Source of the DNA: Lytechinus pictus
Taxonomy: Eukaryota
Reading direction: 5' to 3'
Assembly: GCF_037042905.1 (NCBI RefSeq)
Contig: NC_087247.1
Location: 5,952,001 to 6,016,000, forward strand
DNA: 64,000 nucleotides
Both the position numbers and the translations under genes were made by a program. Of the stretch, positions 1 through 12,889 are shown one piece after another. The notes under the pieces were generated by a model that saw only the letters and a program-made list of their open reading frames with translations, made no database searches and had not been told where the DNA came from. How positions within the stretch are numbered: the first letter of the stretch is position 1; each line of letters starts with the position of its first letter.

Positions 1-2205
1 TTGATTGATGATATTGAATCACTGCCTCCTCTTGGATTGAGCGACCATCTTGGGCTTATTTTGACCATTACGCTCTCAGCCCCTGAAAAAGAAACACAGT
101 TTCCCAAACTTCAGTTCAGTCTTGGACAATACCATGACATATGTGAGGAGCTTGATAAAGTTGAGTGGGAACAGTCAATGAAGGACATGGATACCGAACA
201 GTCCTGGTCATTCTTCCATACAATCTTGACAGACATTATGAAGAAACACATACCGTGTTCTTCATCACGGCGACGTAAGAAAAAGCATAGATGGATGAAC
301 AATCAAGCACTCAGACTGCATGGACAAAAGCATCGTGCATGGCAACAAGCCCAAGTCACTAAACACCCAACTGACATTGCTAGAGCTAGGAGACTAGCAA
401 AGGCTCTTCAATGCCTCACAAGAGATCTGCGAAGTAACTTCGAAAAGGACCTTGCGAAGAATGTGAAGACAGATCCAAAAGCATTCTGGAGATATGCATC
501 TGATAATCTAAAGACCAGAAAGGGGCTTCCTGATCTCAAAAAGACGGATGGTACCTTCACTTCAACAGATGAAGAGAAAGCCGAAATCTTGAATGCTTTC
601 TTTGAGACAACATTTACTGAAGAGGACACTTCTTCCATCCCACAGCTTGAACGCAGACAGTCAGCTGGATGCGTATCTGCTCTAGACATAACCCCAGAGG
701 ATGTACATCGCAAACTTGATCTGCTTTCCAAATTTAAGAGTGCTGGACCGGATGGTATCCATCCTTGCATTTTACGGGAAACGGCACCTTCAGTGTGTAC
801 ACCATTGGCCATCATCTACACTAAGTCGTTCAAAGAAGGCAAGCTTCCTTCAGCATGGAAAGCAAGTCACGTTGTTCCAGTTTACAAGAAGGGAAACAAG
901 TCTGAAGCCACTAATTATCGACCAATAAGTTTGACTTCAGTACCCTGTAAGATCATGGAGTCGCTGATCAGAGACAAGATCGTTGATCATCTGATGGAGA
1001 ATGAACTAATCAGCGATTCCCAACATGGATTTGTCCCAGGTAGATCAACTGTTACACAGCTGCTCCAGACACTAGAGGACTGGACGTCCTTACTGGATAA
1101 AGGTGAAAAGGTCGATGTTGTCTACCTAGATTTTAGAAAGGCCTTTGACAGTGTACCCCATCAACGTCTTGTGGCAAAACTAGATGCATACAACATTCAA
1201 GGGAGCTTCAAAACTTGGATTGCTGATTTTCTCAGTGGCCGAACCCAGAGGGTAGTTGTAAACAATGCCAGATCTCAGTGGTGCACGGTAAAGAGCGGGG
1301 TGCCCCAGGGTAGCGTGCTCGGCCCGACATTGTTTGTGTTGTACATCAATGATCTTTCTGATGTTATGGAATCCACTGTAAGGATCTATGCAGACGACAC
1401 TAAGGCCTTCTCTTCTGTCTCCTCTCCAAATCAATGTGAAGTTTTTCAAGCAAGTTTGCACTCACTGATGGACTGGTCCTCAAAGTGGCAACTTCAATTC
1501 AACACTGACAAGTGCAGTGTTTTGCATCTTGGATCAGGTGACCAAAGAGAGCACTACAACATCGGGAGTACAGCACTGAATGCAGTTAGAGAAGAAAAGG
1601 ATTTAGGGATCATCATTGACGACGATCTAAAATTCCACAAGCAAGTGTCAAATGCTGTCAATAAGGCAAACAGGGTACTAATCAGCATCAGACGTACTTT
1701 CCAGTGTCTTGATTCGACCACTATCCCCAAACTATTTAAAGGGTTAGTGCGGCCACTCCTGGAATATGGAAATGTCATCTGGTCACCACAGTACATTGCT
1801 GATGCTAAGGCTGTCGAGAGAGTTCAGAAGAGAGCAACGAAAGTAATCTCCAGGATCAAACATCTTCCATACAAGGAAAGGCTTAAACACCTGAACTTAC
1901 CATCCTTGGAGTACAGAAGAAAGAGAGGTGACATGATTCAAGTGTATAAGATCACTCATGAAGTCGACAGGCTTAACCCAGACAACTTTTTTCAGCTAGC
2001 TGACAGTACTACAAGAGGTCATAGGTTCAAACTTGTAAAGCCAAGATGCAGAACAAATGTGAGAAAGCAAGCTTTTAGTCACCGAGTAGTCAATGATTGG
2101 AACTCTCTCCCAGCTGAGGTAGTTGAAGCTCCCACAGTAGACACCTTCAAAATCAGGCTAGACCGACACTGGAAAGATAAGCACTATGATTCCCACTACT
2201 CTTAA
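1..2205 (+). CDS. CR1-clade LINE ORF2 (end of APE endonuclease plus reverse transcriptase), 5' part outside the window
   Basis: Open 734-aa frame with the APE C-terminal SDH motif and RT motifs KSAGPDGI, NYRPISLTS, QHGF, YLDFRKAFDSV, GVPQGSVLGP and YADD. The C-terminus (EKDLGI, RGDMIQVYKI, TRGH..KL, WNSLP) is typical of CR1. Confidence 0.95.
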   Translation: MIDDIESLPPLGLSDHLGLILTITLSAPEKETQFPKLQFSLGQYHDICEELDKVEWEQSMKDMDTEQSWSFFHTILTDIMKKHIPCSSSRRRKKKHRWMNNQALRLHGQKHRAWQQAQVTKHPTDIARARRLAKALQCLTRDLRSNFEKDLAKNVKTDPKAFWRYASDNLKTRKGLPDLKKTDGTFTSTDEEKAEILNAFFETTFTEEDTSSIPQLERRQSAGCVSALDITPEDVHRKLDLLSKFKSAGPDGIHPCILRETAPSVCTPLAIIYTKSFKEGKLPSAWKASHVVPVYKKGNKSEATNYRPISLTSVPCKIMESLIRDKIVDHLMENELISDSQHGFVPGRSTVTQLLQTLEDWTSLLDKGEKVDVVYLDFRKAFDSVPHQRLVAKLDAYNIQGSFKTWIADFLSGRTQRVVVNNARSQWCTVKSGVPQGSVLGPTLFVLYINDLSDVMESTVRIYADDTKAFSSVSSPNQCEVFQASLHSLMDWSSKWQLQFNTDKCSVLHLGSGDQREHYNIGSTALNAVREEKDLGIIIDDDLKFHKQVSNAVNKANRVLISIRRTFQCLDSTTIPKLFKGLVRPLLEYGNVIWSPQYIADAKAVERVQKRATKVISRIKHLPYKERLKHLNLPSLEYRRKRGDMIQVYKITHEVDRLNPDNFFQLADSTTRGHRFKLVKPRCRTNVRKQAFSHRVVNDWNSLPAEVVEAPTVDTFKIRLDRHWKDKHYDSHYS

Positions 2206-2371
2206 CTGGATATGAGAAGTCAATTTTCACCAACTTGCCCCACTGCCTCCTTAAACTTATTGAAACTTATTGAAGCATGAAGGAAGCTGACAAAATTAGA
2301 AGATAGACCTGGAAGCTCGACTGCTAATTCAGCATTCTTCCAGTATTTGCGGTAAGGTAAGGTAAGGTAAG
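1..2371 (+). mobile_element. CR1-type non-LTR retrotransposon, 3' portion with short 3' UTR and (GGTAA)4 tail
   Basis: ORF2 is followed by about 145 bp of UTR and a microsatellite tail GGTAAGGTAAGGTAAGGTAAG at 2351-2371, not poly(A). Confidence 0.9.
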
Positions 2372-4051
2372 AAGAGCAGCATTGAGGTAGGCATATCTAT
2401 AAACTAATATAGTTACATATAATTATGTCTATTATATTTTTTATTTATTTCAACCCAACACCATTGAGATAAGTATGATAAAAGAATAAAAACTTAACAA
2501 AGAAATAACCAAATGAAAGTTAACATTAATGTGTTATTGACAACGCAATTGGAACTAACAAAATCGTAAAAATTATTACCTAGATAATCATTTCAATTAC
2601 CTGTATACTTTTCTTATTATAGGTATGGAATTCCGGAAAAAAATTTGAGGGATGAGGTCTTCAAACGTCACCAAAAGAAGGTGGGAAAACCTCCACTCTT
2701 GTCTAAGGAAAATGAAGCAGCCTTTGTGAAAGAAACATCTCATCTTTATGGCAGAATGTGGATCGGTATGAACCAATCTCCGGTACATGCACTCCTTTTC
2801 TCTTTTTTTTTAGGGGGGGGGCAATTTTTTATTTACGGATGAAGGCTTGTAAACTTTGACTTGCAAATGAAACAACTCAGCAACAAGTAAAACTGGACAG
2901 GTGTAAAATACTATGTTTAACAATGCATCATAATATTATGGACTTATCTACTATACATTCTTTCTTTCTTATTTCGCCAGGTTTTGAAACTGGCTACAGA
3001 TTTGGTCAAAGAGACTGTGATGAGTAACCAGCCCTCAGAACAAGATGATTCTATGGTTTCATGCGGAGATGGCCAGATCTACGAGTCATTAGACCAAGGG
3101 CTCTTGCTATAAACAGGGCATTTCAACAACCCCATCAAAGATAGAGAATTACTATCTCAACCTGCACGAGATTCTCGTCAAGTATCAGCTGGAAGACAAA
3201 CCAGAATTCATCTATAATGTAGACGTAACTGGATTTAACCATGAGCACACCCCTCTTCGAGTTGTTAGTGGAAGGGAAGTGGAAGGGCTCAATCTTACGT
3301 CAGAGTTAAGAAGGCGATGTCTTCCAGGCACAAGATTTAAGATGACAGATAGTGGATGGAGCGATGGAGATGATTGTATTCCAGGAGTTCCTGACGAACC
3401 ACTTCATTCCTTCTCTCCCAACTAGAGATGCTGAGCAGAGGGTGTTGCTGCTTCATGATGGTCACAAACGTCATATTTCGATCCCACTCATTGAAGAAGC
3501 ACACCGCCATAACATCATACTCTTCCTTTTGCCACCCCATTCAAGCCATATTCTGCAACCTCTTGACATTGGCTGTTATGGACCCATGAAAGCGCACTAT
3601 TACAGAGTCTGCACAGACTTCCTTATCTCTCATCCCGCGCAGTCCATCACAAGGTATGATATGGCATCGCTCATCTGCCAGTCCTTCCTTCAGTCAATCA
3701 AGGAGGACAATCTAAAAGCTGCATTCAAAAAGCCCAGAATCTACCCATTCAATGTGGCAGCAGTTGATGTCGAGAGGGTCATCAGACCAAGTTCTGTGAC
3801 AGCAGTTCATGAAGAAGCACCATTCATCCCAGGTGCCTCTTCATCGGCATCTTCAAATATCGGCGGAGCTTTCTTGGAGAGGAAGAAGCCTACTCCACCA
3901 TCCAAGTTGGAAAAAAAAGCGTCTTTCATCCCCAGTCTACGAATCAGGAGGGGTGGCTATTACTGAAAATGGTATTTTCCTCAGGATTTACAGGGCAGAA
4001 ACATCAGGAGTCAATGTGAACGAAGACAACAGTAGCCAGTGTGAGAATTAA
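2372..4051 (+). pseudogene. Decayed pogo/Fot-like (DD35D) transposase gene with introns
   Basis: Splicing 2372-2386 to 2623-2765 gives RAALR/YGIPEKNLRD (pipsqueak-type HTH) then GKPPLLSKENE. The exon from 2981 gives FYGFMRRWPDL (CENP-B-type HTH) and IYNVDVTGF (first catalytic D). ORF 3352-3966 gives LLHDGH-...-QPLD with 35 residues between the two Asp. In-frame stops and frameshifts are present. Confidence 0.85.
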
Positions 4052-4052
4052 C

Positions 4053-4235
4053 TATTGACTGGGCTCAATTGAGAACATTGGCTGCAATAATGAACCTTAA
4101 TTGAATATTGATGTAAATATATCTATATGTTAATATGTGTATATATTGACTGGGCTCAATTGAGAACATTGGCTGCAATAATGAACCTTAATTGAATATT
4201 GATGTAAATATATCTATATGTTAATATGTGTATAT
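4053..4235. repeat. Tandem duplication, 2 x about 91 bp
   Basis: ATTGACTGGGCTCAATTGAGAAC... occurs at 4054 and 4145. Confidence 0.9.
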
Positions 4236-5728
4236 ATATATATGAATATGTGAATATATAAATATTTAATTATGTAAATATTCCACACACCAGACTCAAC
4301 ATACTCAATCTCCTTGGATGTCAGCTGGCAGCTATTAGTGTCTTCTGTATTTACGTAAGTATATCTAAGTTTCCTTCTTCTTCTTTCCTGTCTCTTTATC
4401 CAACTCACTTTCTGACTTTCTTCTGCGTTCTTACTTTCTATGTTTTTCACTTTTTGTTCACATGAAGAGCCCACAAACTCTTCATATATATATGCATACA
4501 TCCTACGAAAGGGCGAAGTCTATGAATGGGTTTATTCCGTCATAATACACATATAGACGTAAAGACGAAGGTAGAGGGCGTTAAGGCGCATTACGAACAT
4601 TGAAAGAAGACAAAAAAATTTGCTTTAAACACAGATGTAGAGAAATATATATATATATATATATTTATATATACATAAATATATATACATTTATTTATAT
4701 TTACATAATACATATGTGAATACATATGACATCATTATCTGCACCTGCAGATATGCAACTTTGAATTAAAGAAATGAGAATTAAGATACATATTTTTGGG
4801 GTTTGCACTCATCTTATTATAATTTTATTACAATTTATAAAGATATGAATTAAGTTTTGTGCAAAAGGAATATTGGATTTTTTTATAAAAAGAGAAACTA
4901 AATAAGACAAACGATGGAGAGGGGAGCTGGATCGGGGGGGGGGGAGTAGATTGAGAGAGAGAGAGAGGGGGGTAGCATCATATTCATGAACTTAAAATGC
5001 AGTGATACATAACATAAGAGAATGAAGAAGTCTGAAAATGAGTAATATTTATAAAGTAAAATAATTGTCAAAAGATATAAAATATCATGTAAAATGGCGG
5101 CAATATGTTGAAAGGAAATGCAAAACAAAATTAACTTTATACGCGATTGAGTTCTACTTATATTGAATTCCTCTTCTTCAAAATAAATCATTCATGAATA
5201 TAAGAAAGATATATTATGTAAAAATTAAATCAATTCATAAGATTATTCAAAATAAATCATTAAAGCAAAATCAATCGATTATAATCAATCAGCCTCGGGA
5301 ATCAGCCAAATTAATCAATCACTCATGCACTCACCCTGCCAACATATATGACCAATGGCATGCACATTAATAACAAGCTTATTCAATTGAAAGAAAATAG
5401 AAACAGGCCTCCATTTGACCATAATACCAATCCAACAATAATTAGTCAGTCTCAGACTGCGACTGTCGACTGAATAAAATTGATACACATCTGTAATGTA
5501 AATAAAACTCAATAGACAATAAACGTAAACACACACTGAAACGTGAGTGAATGCTTTTTACTCTCTAGGAGCCCGATTCATTGTCATTGATGACATTAGA
5601 CCAAACGTTAGATCTAGTAACGTTACTTACATGGCATCGATTGCGCTAGTAAGTTAGTCTTGAGGACTCCATGATGATGTCTTTTAAAACAAATTTGACA
5701 TATACTTCTGACATATATGTCAAATTTG

Positions 5729-7321
5729 GGCAAAATCGTGATATAGGCCCCGCTCGAGTAAAACTTGTAATCGATCATACCTCAATATATAGGTTGCTAA
5801 CTTCAGCTCACTATATATACTCGTGATATAGGCCCCGCTGCTGTGTTGAATGGCTCAGAATGTCCGTTCGCGGGGCCTGTTTCACGAGTATAATACTATA
5901 ATCGTTATATAGGCCCCGCACTACGGCACTTCAGACACTCCAACACAGTAGCGGGGCCTGTATCACGAGTATATTATTAAGCTTGCATCCTAAGATAATC
6001 GCGAAACTGGCCCCGTAAGCCCCAGGACCACGTTATTTTCCATGATATAACAGTGCAAGGGGCCTCGATAACGAGTATACTAATAGCTAGCCGTCATCCG
6101 AGCCCCACGCACGTGCGAATGCTGGGGAAAAGCGCATTGGACGGGGCCAGTTTCGTGATTATCTTAGGATGCAAACTTAATAATATACTCGTGATACAGG
6201 CCCCGCTACTGTGTTGGAGTGTCTGAAGTGCCGTAGTGCGGGGCCTATATAACGATTATAGTATTATACTCGTGAAACAGGCCCCGCGAACGGACATTCT
6301 GAGCCATTCAACACAGCAGCGGGGCCTATATCACGAGTATATATAGTGAGCTGAAGTTAGCAACCTAGATATTGAGGTATGATCGATTACAATTTTTTTC
6401 TCGAGCGGGGCCTATATCACGAGTATGCCAATAATATACTCGTGATACAGGCCCCGCTACTGTGTTGGAGTGTCTGAAGTGCCGTAGTGCGGGGCCTATA
6501 TAACGATTATAGTATTATACTCGTGAAACAGGCCCCGCGAACGGACATTCTGAGCCATTCAACACAGCAGCGGGGCCTATATCACGAGTATGATGGGGTG
6601 TCCAAACTTCGCGCACTTTTCAAAAATATTCATCAGGCTTAATTTTGTTCACAAAATATTCATAATTTATACAAAAACAATTCAAGAAATAGTTACCACA
6701 TTGACGGCAAGATCGTGAACTATAAAATCATGGACGAAAATGTAAAGTAGGTCAAGGGGTTTCGCCGGTATCGCGATCTCAAAATTCTATTCCGATCGGC
6801 GAATGCGGGCTGTGCTGGAAAACCGTTCAGAAAAGTGTGACCTAACTTCGCGCACCAAATCTTTTGTGGAGATTTAAACAAAAACTCAAGTTCAAAAAGT
6901 GAAAAATTAAATCAGATTGATGGCAAAATGCTATGGAATCGGTTAGTACCACATTTAACTCACATTTTTGATGATTTCTGCTTGCAAAATGGTGATATCG
7001 TGATGCTTGTGATTTCTTCAAAACGGGCGCTAGCGGTGACAAATTTGCCGATCTTTTGCCAATATTTTCATGAATACTGAACTCATCCTAAAAAAAATTT
7101 CATTATACGGTAATTTTAGGTCGCTTTTCACGTTGATGATGTCAGATTTTAAGGATATTGGCTAGTTTTTTAGATAAGGACCGTCCGCGAAGTATGGACA
7201 CGCGCGAAGTTTGGACACACTGCCATATAATAGTGAGCTGAAGTTAGCAACCTAGAATAGATATTGAGGTATGATCGATTACAATTTTTTTCTCGAGCGG
7301 GGCCTATATCACGAGTATGCC
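5729..7321. mobile_element. Non-autonomous Merlin-family element (internal-deletion derivative of 7341-26504)
   Basis: It has the same termini GGCAAAATCGTGATATAGG...CCTATATCACGAGTATGCC and an 8-bp TSD CAAATTTG (5721-5728, 7322-7329). The left arm is fused to the right arm at 6016/6017. The right-end segment is duplicated (6179-6429 and 6430-7321). Confidence 0.9.
6591..7225. mobile_element. MITE nested in the small Merlin element
   Basis: Inverted GTGTCCAAACTTCGCGC near both ends. It interrupts the host motif CACGAGTATATATAGTGAGC, probably at a TA. Confidence 0.8.
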
Positions 7322-7340
7322 CAAATTTGTTTTAAAAGAC

Positions 7341-9394
7341 GGCAAAATCGTGATATAGGCCCCGCTCGAGAAACACTTGTAATCGATCACATACCTCAAT
7401 ATCTAGGTTGCTAACTTCAGCTCACTATATATACTCGTGATATAGGCCCCGCTGCTGTGTTGAATGGCTTAGGATGTCCGTTCGCGGGGCCTGTTTCACG
7501 AGTATAATATTATAACCGTTATATAGGCCCCGCACTACCGCACTTCAGACACTCCAACACAGTAGCGGGGCCTCTATCACGAGTATATATTAAGGCTTGC
7601 ATCCTAAGATAGTCGCGAAACCGGCCCCGTCCAATGCGCTTGTCCCAGCATTCGCACGTGTGTGGGGCTCGGATGACGGCTATTAGTATACTCGTTATCG
7701 AGGCCCCTTGCACTGTTATATCATGGAAAATAGCGTGGTCGTGGGGCTTGTTTCCCCGGTGAGAGATATCATGGGCGGCGCTGTAGGGGGCCGGGGGGGG
7801 GGGGGGGTGGGGGGGGGCTCCAATTTATTTTTCAAATAAACAAGGAGAGAGAATAATAGAATAATAAACATTTATTTGTGGATTTATTTATATATTGATG
7901 TAGTTATTTATTTATCAATCTATTTGAATTGATTAATTGATGATCGTTCGTTTTTATTCTTTTTATAAGTGGAAGTTCATTTATTTATATATTTATCAAT
8001 TTGCCCCTTGCACTGTTATATCATGGAAAATAGCGTGGTCGTGGGGCTTGTTTCCCCGGTGAGAGATATCATGGGCGGCGCTGTAGGGGGCCGGGGGGGG
8101 GGCTCCAATTTATTTTTCAAATAAACAAGGAGAGAGAATAATAGAATAATAAACATTTATTTGTGGATTTATTTATATATTGATGTAGTTATTTATTTAT
8201 CAATCTATTTGAATTGATTAATTGATGATCGTTCGTTTTTATTCTTTTTATAAGTGGAAGTTCATTTATTTATTTATCAATTTATTTTGATTAATTAATA
8301 TATTTATATTCATTCATTATTCGTTCAATTTTTTTGTTTTCATTTTTTTTCTTTTGTGATATAGAGAGTCAGAGGTATCATTCGTTTTTAATTCTTTTTA
8401 TGTGTGAAAGTTCATTTATTTATTCATTTATTTATTATCTATTTAATGATTTAGTTATTATATTTTCAATTTTATTTGTTTGTTATCTGAGTGGCGTGCG
8501 TAGGCCTAGGTCTTATGTTGATACAGGGTCGTACATGTCATTTATTTTTCATTTAGTTTTATTCATTCTGTAAGTTATAGTGGCTATACAAAATGATGAC
8601 GGCAACCATTGTAAAGCTTAGAATATTACTCTTTCATCTGGTATAACTCAGAAGATTCCTCGATCATTCAGGCATGAATGACTTTAACAATTTGAAGAAA
8701 GTATAGATATATAATCTGAATTGAAAAATAATAATTTACCTTTTTTTAATTAGGAAATGAATTAGTCGTAGTTGAATGGTGTTATCATTATTTTCGTTAC
8801 ATAAATGGAATTTATATTATTTTTGTTTAAGGTCATATCCACCCCAGAAAAATGTTGATTTGAATAAATATAGAAAAATCAAACTAGCATAACGCTGGAA
8901 AATTTCATCAAAATCCGATGTAAAATAAGAAAGTTGTGATATTTTAAAGTTCGCTTATTTTTCACAAAACAGTGATATGCACAATCATTTGCATGCAAAT
9001 GATACAGTCGATGATGTCCCTCGCAATTTCTTTTGTTTTTTCTTTTCTTTTTACAGAATTGACAATAAGGGCCCACGTGAATGAACCATATAACAATTCT
9101 AATTTCCGCATGTTCAGGAAAGAATTAATCATTGTTTCACTTTACAACAAGGAGAAAATTGGAAAACACTAAAGAAATAGTGACTGGATGGCGTCATCAG
9201 TTTCCTCATTTGCATACTGACCTGGATGTGCATATATAACTATTATTTTAAATTAAACTAAACTTCAAAATGTCATAACTTTCTTATTTTACATCCGATT
9301 TTGATGGAATGTTTAGCGTTATGATAATTGGATTTTTGTCCTTTTTAGCGTTATGATAATTGGATTTTTCTCTTTTTATTCAAATCAACTTTTT
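7341..9394 (+). repeat. Left long TIR of the giant Merlin element
   Basis: Reverse-complement match to 24046-26504. Contains about 8 TCGTGATATAGGCCCCGC-like motifs in both orientations and an internal duplication (7703-8002 vs 8003-8285). Confidence 0.88.
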
Positions 9395-9417
9395 GTTGGG
9401 GTGGACTTGTCCATTAA
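8827..9417. mobile_element. TTAA-flanked Kolobok-like MITE embedded in the left TIR
   Basis: TTAA-GGTCATATCCACCCC...GGGGTGGACTTGTCCA-TTAA with long imperfect inverted repeats. A mirror copy lies at 24046-24582. Confidence 0.75.
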
Positions 9418-10739
9418 ATTCAACAATTGATGTATTTGTTTTTATTAAATTTTTTGTTTTATTTGATGTTAGGCCAACCATTATCGTTAATTATTTTCTC
9501 TTTTTTNNNNNNNNNNNNNNNNNNNNNNNNNNNNNNNNNNNNNNNNNNNNNNNNNNNNNNNNNNNNNNNNNNNNNNNNNNNNNNNNNNNNNNNNNNNNNN
9601 NNNNNNNNNNNNNNNNNNNNNNNNNNNNNNNNNNNNNNNNNATGCATTACTATTTCAAGTTCTCCGTATTGTTTCACTTATTGATTTCCTGGTTTATTCA
9701 TATATTCATTTATTCGTTCATATTTGCACTGTTTTGGGGGGAAAAATGTGGTGTATTTATTGACACGATATGCCTACCCTTAAAGGGGTAGTTTACCATG
9801 ACGTAGTTGGCGAAAATTAAAGCAGAAACATTAAAAAAATATTCTTAAAGGTTTGATGAAAATACGTCAAGGAATAAAATAATAATAAAATTATTTTTGA
9901 TGACACAGACGAGAATATTTTCCAAAATTTGTGCAGACCTATGATACGTACAAGTAATGAATGTTTATGAGTGCAATGGACAGAATAATTCATGAGGTGA
10001 AAGATGAAATGATCCATTCAGATCCATTCAACGAGGCGTAGCCGAGTTGAATGGATCCTTATTTAATTATAACTATTATAAGTAATTCTGATTGTATAGT
10101 ATTATTTGTTTTAGGAACATTCATTCTTGCATGAGAAACTAGAATCGTCAGAAAATTGGAAAACAATAGTAAAGAAATATTACATTATATTTATCACTTT
10201 TCACAATACGATAAGAGATGTATAGCGTGTCAAGAGTCGCGATTGTGACTTATTTTAGTATTGGTAAATTTTTTTTTTGATTAACAGGACAGCGACCCCT
10301 TTTTTTTTTAATAGCATGCTTCATTTCTTTAGTATTATTCAGGAGCCACAGAAGGGAATGGATATAAATTTTGACAAGTAAAATCAACGAAATTTCAAGC
10401 TGTCCATATTTTTGCGTATTATTATATTATATTGTTTAGTCGATAAGTAATTTCATAGAAAAGACTGGTTCACAAATCATAAAACATAACTGCCCGCCAC
10501 CCTCCTCTCTCGGAGGTCTGAAGAGGATGTGTTAATTTAATTGACTAAACACCCCGTGCCCTACCCGGTTGTCTCGAAAGGGCGTGGCCACTATTTCCGC
10601 GAACGCAGACTGTTTTCTTAAGCCGTTATATCATATTGAAATATATTATATTATATCATATCATATCATATCATATTATATATTTGTTTATGCATAACTT
10701 TGATATTTTTATTCTTATGATAGTTTTATTAGTTTGCTC

Positions 10740-10771
10740 CATAGAGATATATATACTATTATGTCTCTATG
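10740..10771. mobile_element. 32-bp CATAGAGA...TCTCTATG remnant (P-like excision footprint)
   Basis: Inverted ends, flanked by near-identical 8-mers GTTTGCTC and GTTCGCTC. Confidence 0.6.
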
Positions 10772-11104
10772 GTTCGCTCCTTGCTGTAACTTAATTGTAT
10801 TTTAATAGCAGTATATTTGGGCTTTCTCGACCGGGGTAAAATCTTGCCAAATCATAATATTCAACTTCATGATCTATTCCTATGATATTACCAACGGGTT
10901 ATTGTTCTTAATCTTTTTTCTTCTCCCCTACAACTCCTTCTTATTGCTGAAGTTTTTTTTTCTCTTCTTTTTCTTCTTCTCCTACTTCTTCCCCCATGCA
11001 TGCACCTTCACCCTTTTTTCTTATTTTCTTTTTATTCTTCCTCTCCTCCTCTTCTTCTCCATCTTCTGCTTCCCCTCCTTTTCCTTCTCCTTCCTCACCC
11101 TCTT

Positions 11105-12889
11105 CAGCGGTGGATTCAGCTTTCGCCCGAAAAAAAAAGGGGGGGGGGGCGGCGGCGATTTTCTTTTCCAGCTGACATATTTTTCCAAAAAGTCGCTCAA
11201 AGTTATACTAATGAAAAACAACATGATATAATCTCATAAGCTCTATTTCCAAAATGCGAGCGCGAAGCGCGAGCAAATTTTGTTGAAAATTTCTTGTATT
11301 TTGTCCCGAAAATTGAATACTAATATTCTGGGTAATGTTCGTGATTCTGAACAAGATGCTATATAACTAGAAAATAACTGCGAGCGCGATTACGTTCTGG
11401 CCTGATGGAAAAGGGACCTGTTACTGAGGACTGTTTGCAGTTAGCCATGAAGACGATACATATTTTTTAAGTTAAAAAATGCGAGCGCGAACTTAAAAAT
11501 TAAAACATTCCGACCTTAAAAAAGTGGACATTCTTTGCACTTTTTTTTGTACATTTTTGTTTGGGTATATAAGTAAACAATTGATGCAAGGGAGAAATTT
11601 TAGATATCGAGACCTAAAAAACGGGAAACGCTATTCTTGTTTTTAAATCATGAAAGGATGGATAATTGGGTATCTTCCTACATCAATAATGCGAGCACGG
11701 AGCACAAAGCGCGAGCATAAAATTTTTGAAAATCTAAATCTGAAACTACTAATTTAAGTATGATTTGAATAAAGAACGAGCTGTGTATCTCATTTAACCT
11801 GCGTCTGCGTGTTTTTATACCTATAATCTTGGCATTCTGAATACATTTATTAATCACGAAAATCACTAATGCGAGCGCGAGGTGAAAATATTTGATATTC
11901 CAATCTGAAAAGGGTCAATTTAAGCACTATGTAGGGAAATTTTGATGTGGATCGCACTTAATAAAGGATGCAAGTGCGACCTATAATATTTTTATTACTA
12001 TTTTGACCGAGGATCGGGACATTCTAAAGACATAAATTGTCATCATGTGAAAATGATGACTATCTTCCTTTCTCTCGACCTAAGCGCGAGATAAAACTGG
12101 TTGATATTCATTTCTAAAAATGGGGACAATTTTGTTATTAGGAATTAATGAAAATGTTTTCTTATCAATCTCATTTGTCCTAGTGAGATCGTGAAAATTA
12201 TTTATATTAAGACCTAAAAACTGCACATTTTAAGCATTTGTGTAGTTATGAATAGGATGCATGTGCTAATATATTTCGAAGAATTAATGCGAATCGCGAG
12301 CCGAAATATTTGATATTAAAACCGTCATGAAAATTGTATTTTTTGTAGTTTGTTATAGAATTAATATAGAGGTATAACTCACCAATCAAAATGCAAGCGC
12401 GCAGCGCTAGCTGATATTATTGTACGTGATATTGATATTATACGTTCTGACTATCACACATGAACAGGGATATTTTGAGAGTTTTGTGGAATATACGAAA
12501 ATAATAGGTACTTGCCAAATTAATAATACGAGCGCGCAGCGCGTGCTGAAAATCTTGATATTCAGACCATAATACGGACATTCTTGTACAAAAGACTTAT
12601 AACAATCGATTTGTAACTCAAAGCGTGAAAAATTAAGCTCCATATCAACATATTGAGCAAGATATGTATCTATCGAACAGGCAATCCGAGCTCAAAGCGC
12701 GAGCGAAAATTTTGTATGGTGACATGAAATATTTTTTTCCAAATCTTCCTGTCACCTTATTTTATTCACTCGTCAACCTCCTCTTATTCTTCCTTTTTTC
12801 CTCTTCTCTTTCCCTTTTTTCTTTAATTCCCCTTTTTTGCGGTTTTTGCTCCGCCAATAGGGAGCCAGGGGCCCCTGGATGCGCCTATG
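11105..12889. mobile_element. 1.8-kb non-autonomous TIR element with degenerate GCGAGCGCGAAGCGCGAG internal repeats
   Basis: Ends CAGCGGTGGATTCAG / CTGGATGCGCCTATG, with a 5-bp direct repeat CTCTT on both sides. It splits a CT-rich tract (10900-11104, 12890-13080). Confidence 0.65.

Noticed and set aside
5729-7760. CRISPR-like repeat/spacer appearance
   Set aside because: The repeats alternate in orientation, the intervening sequences are themselves repeated, the context is eukaryotic and there are no cas genes. These are TIR subrepeats.
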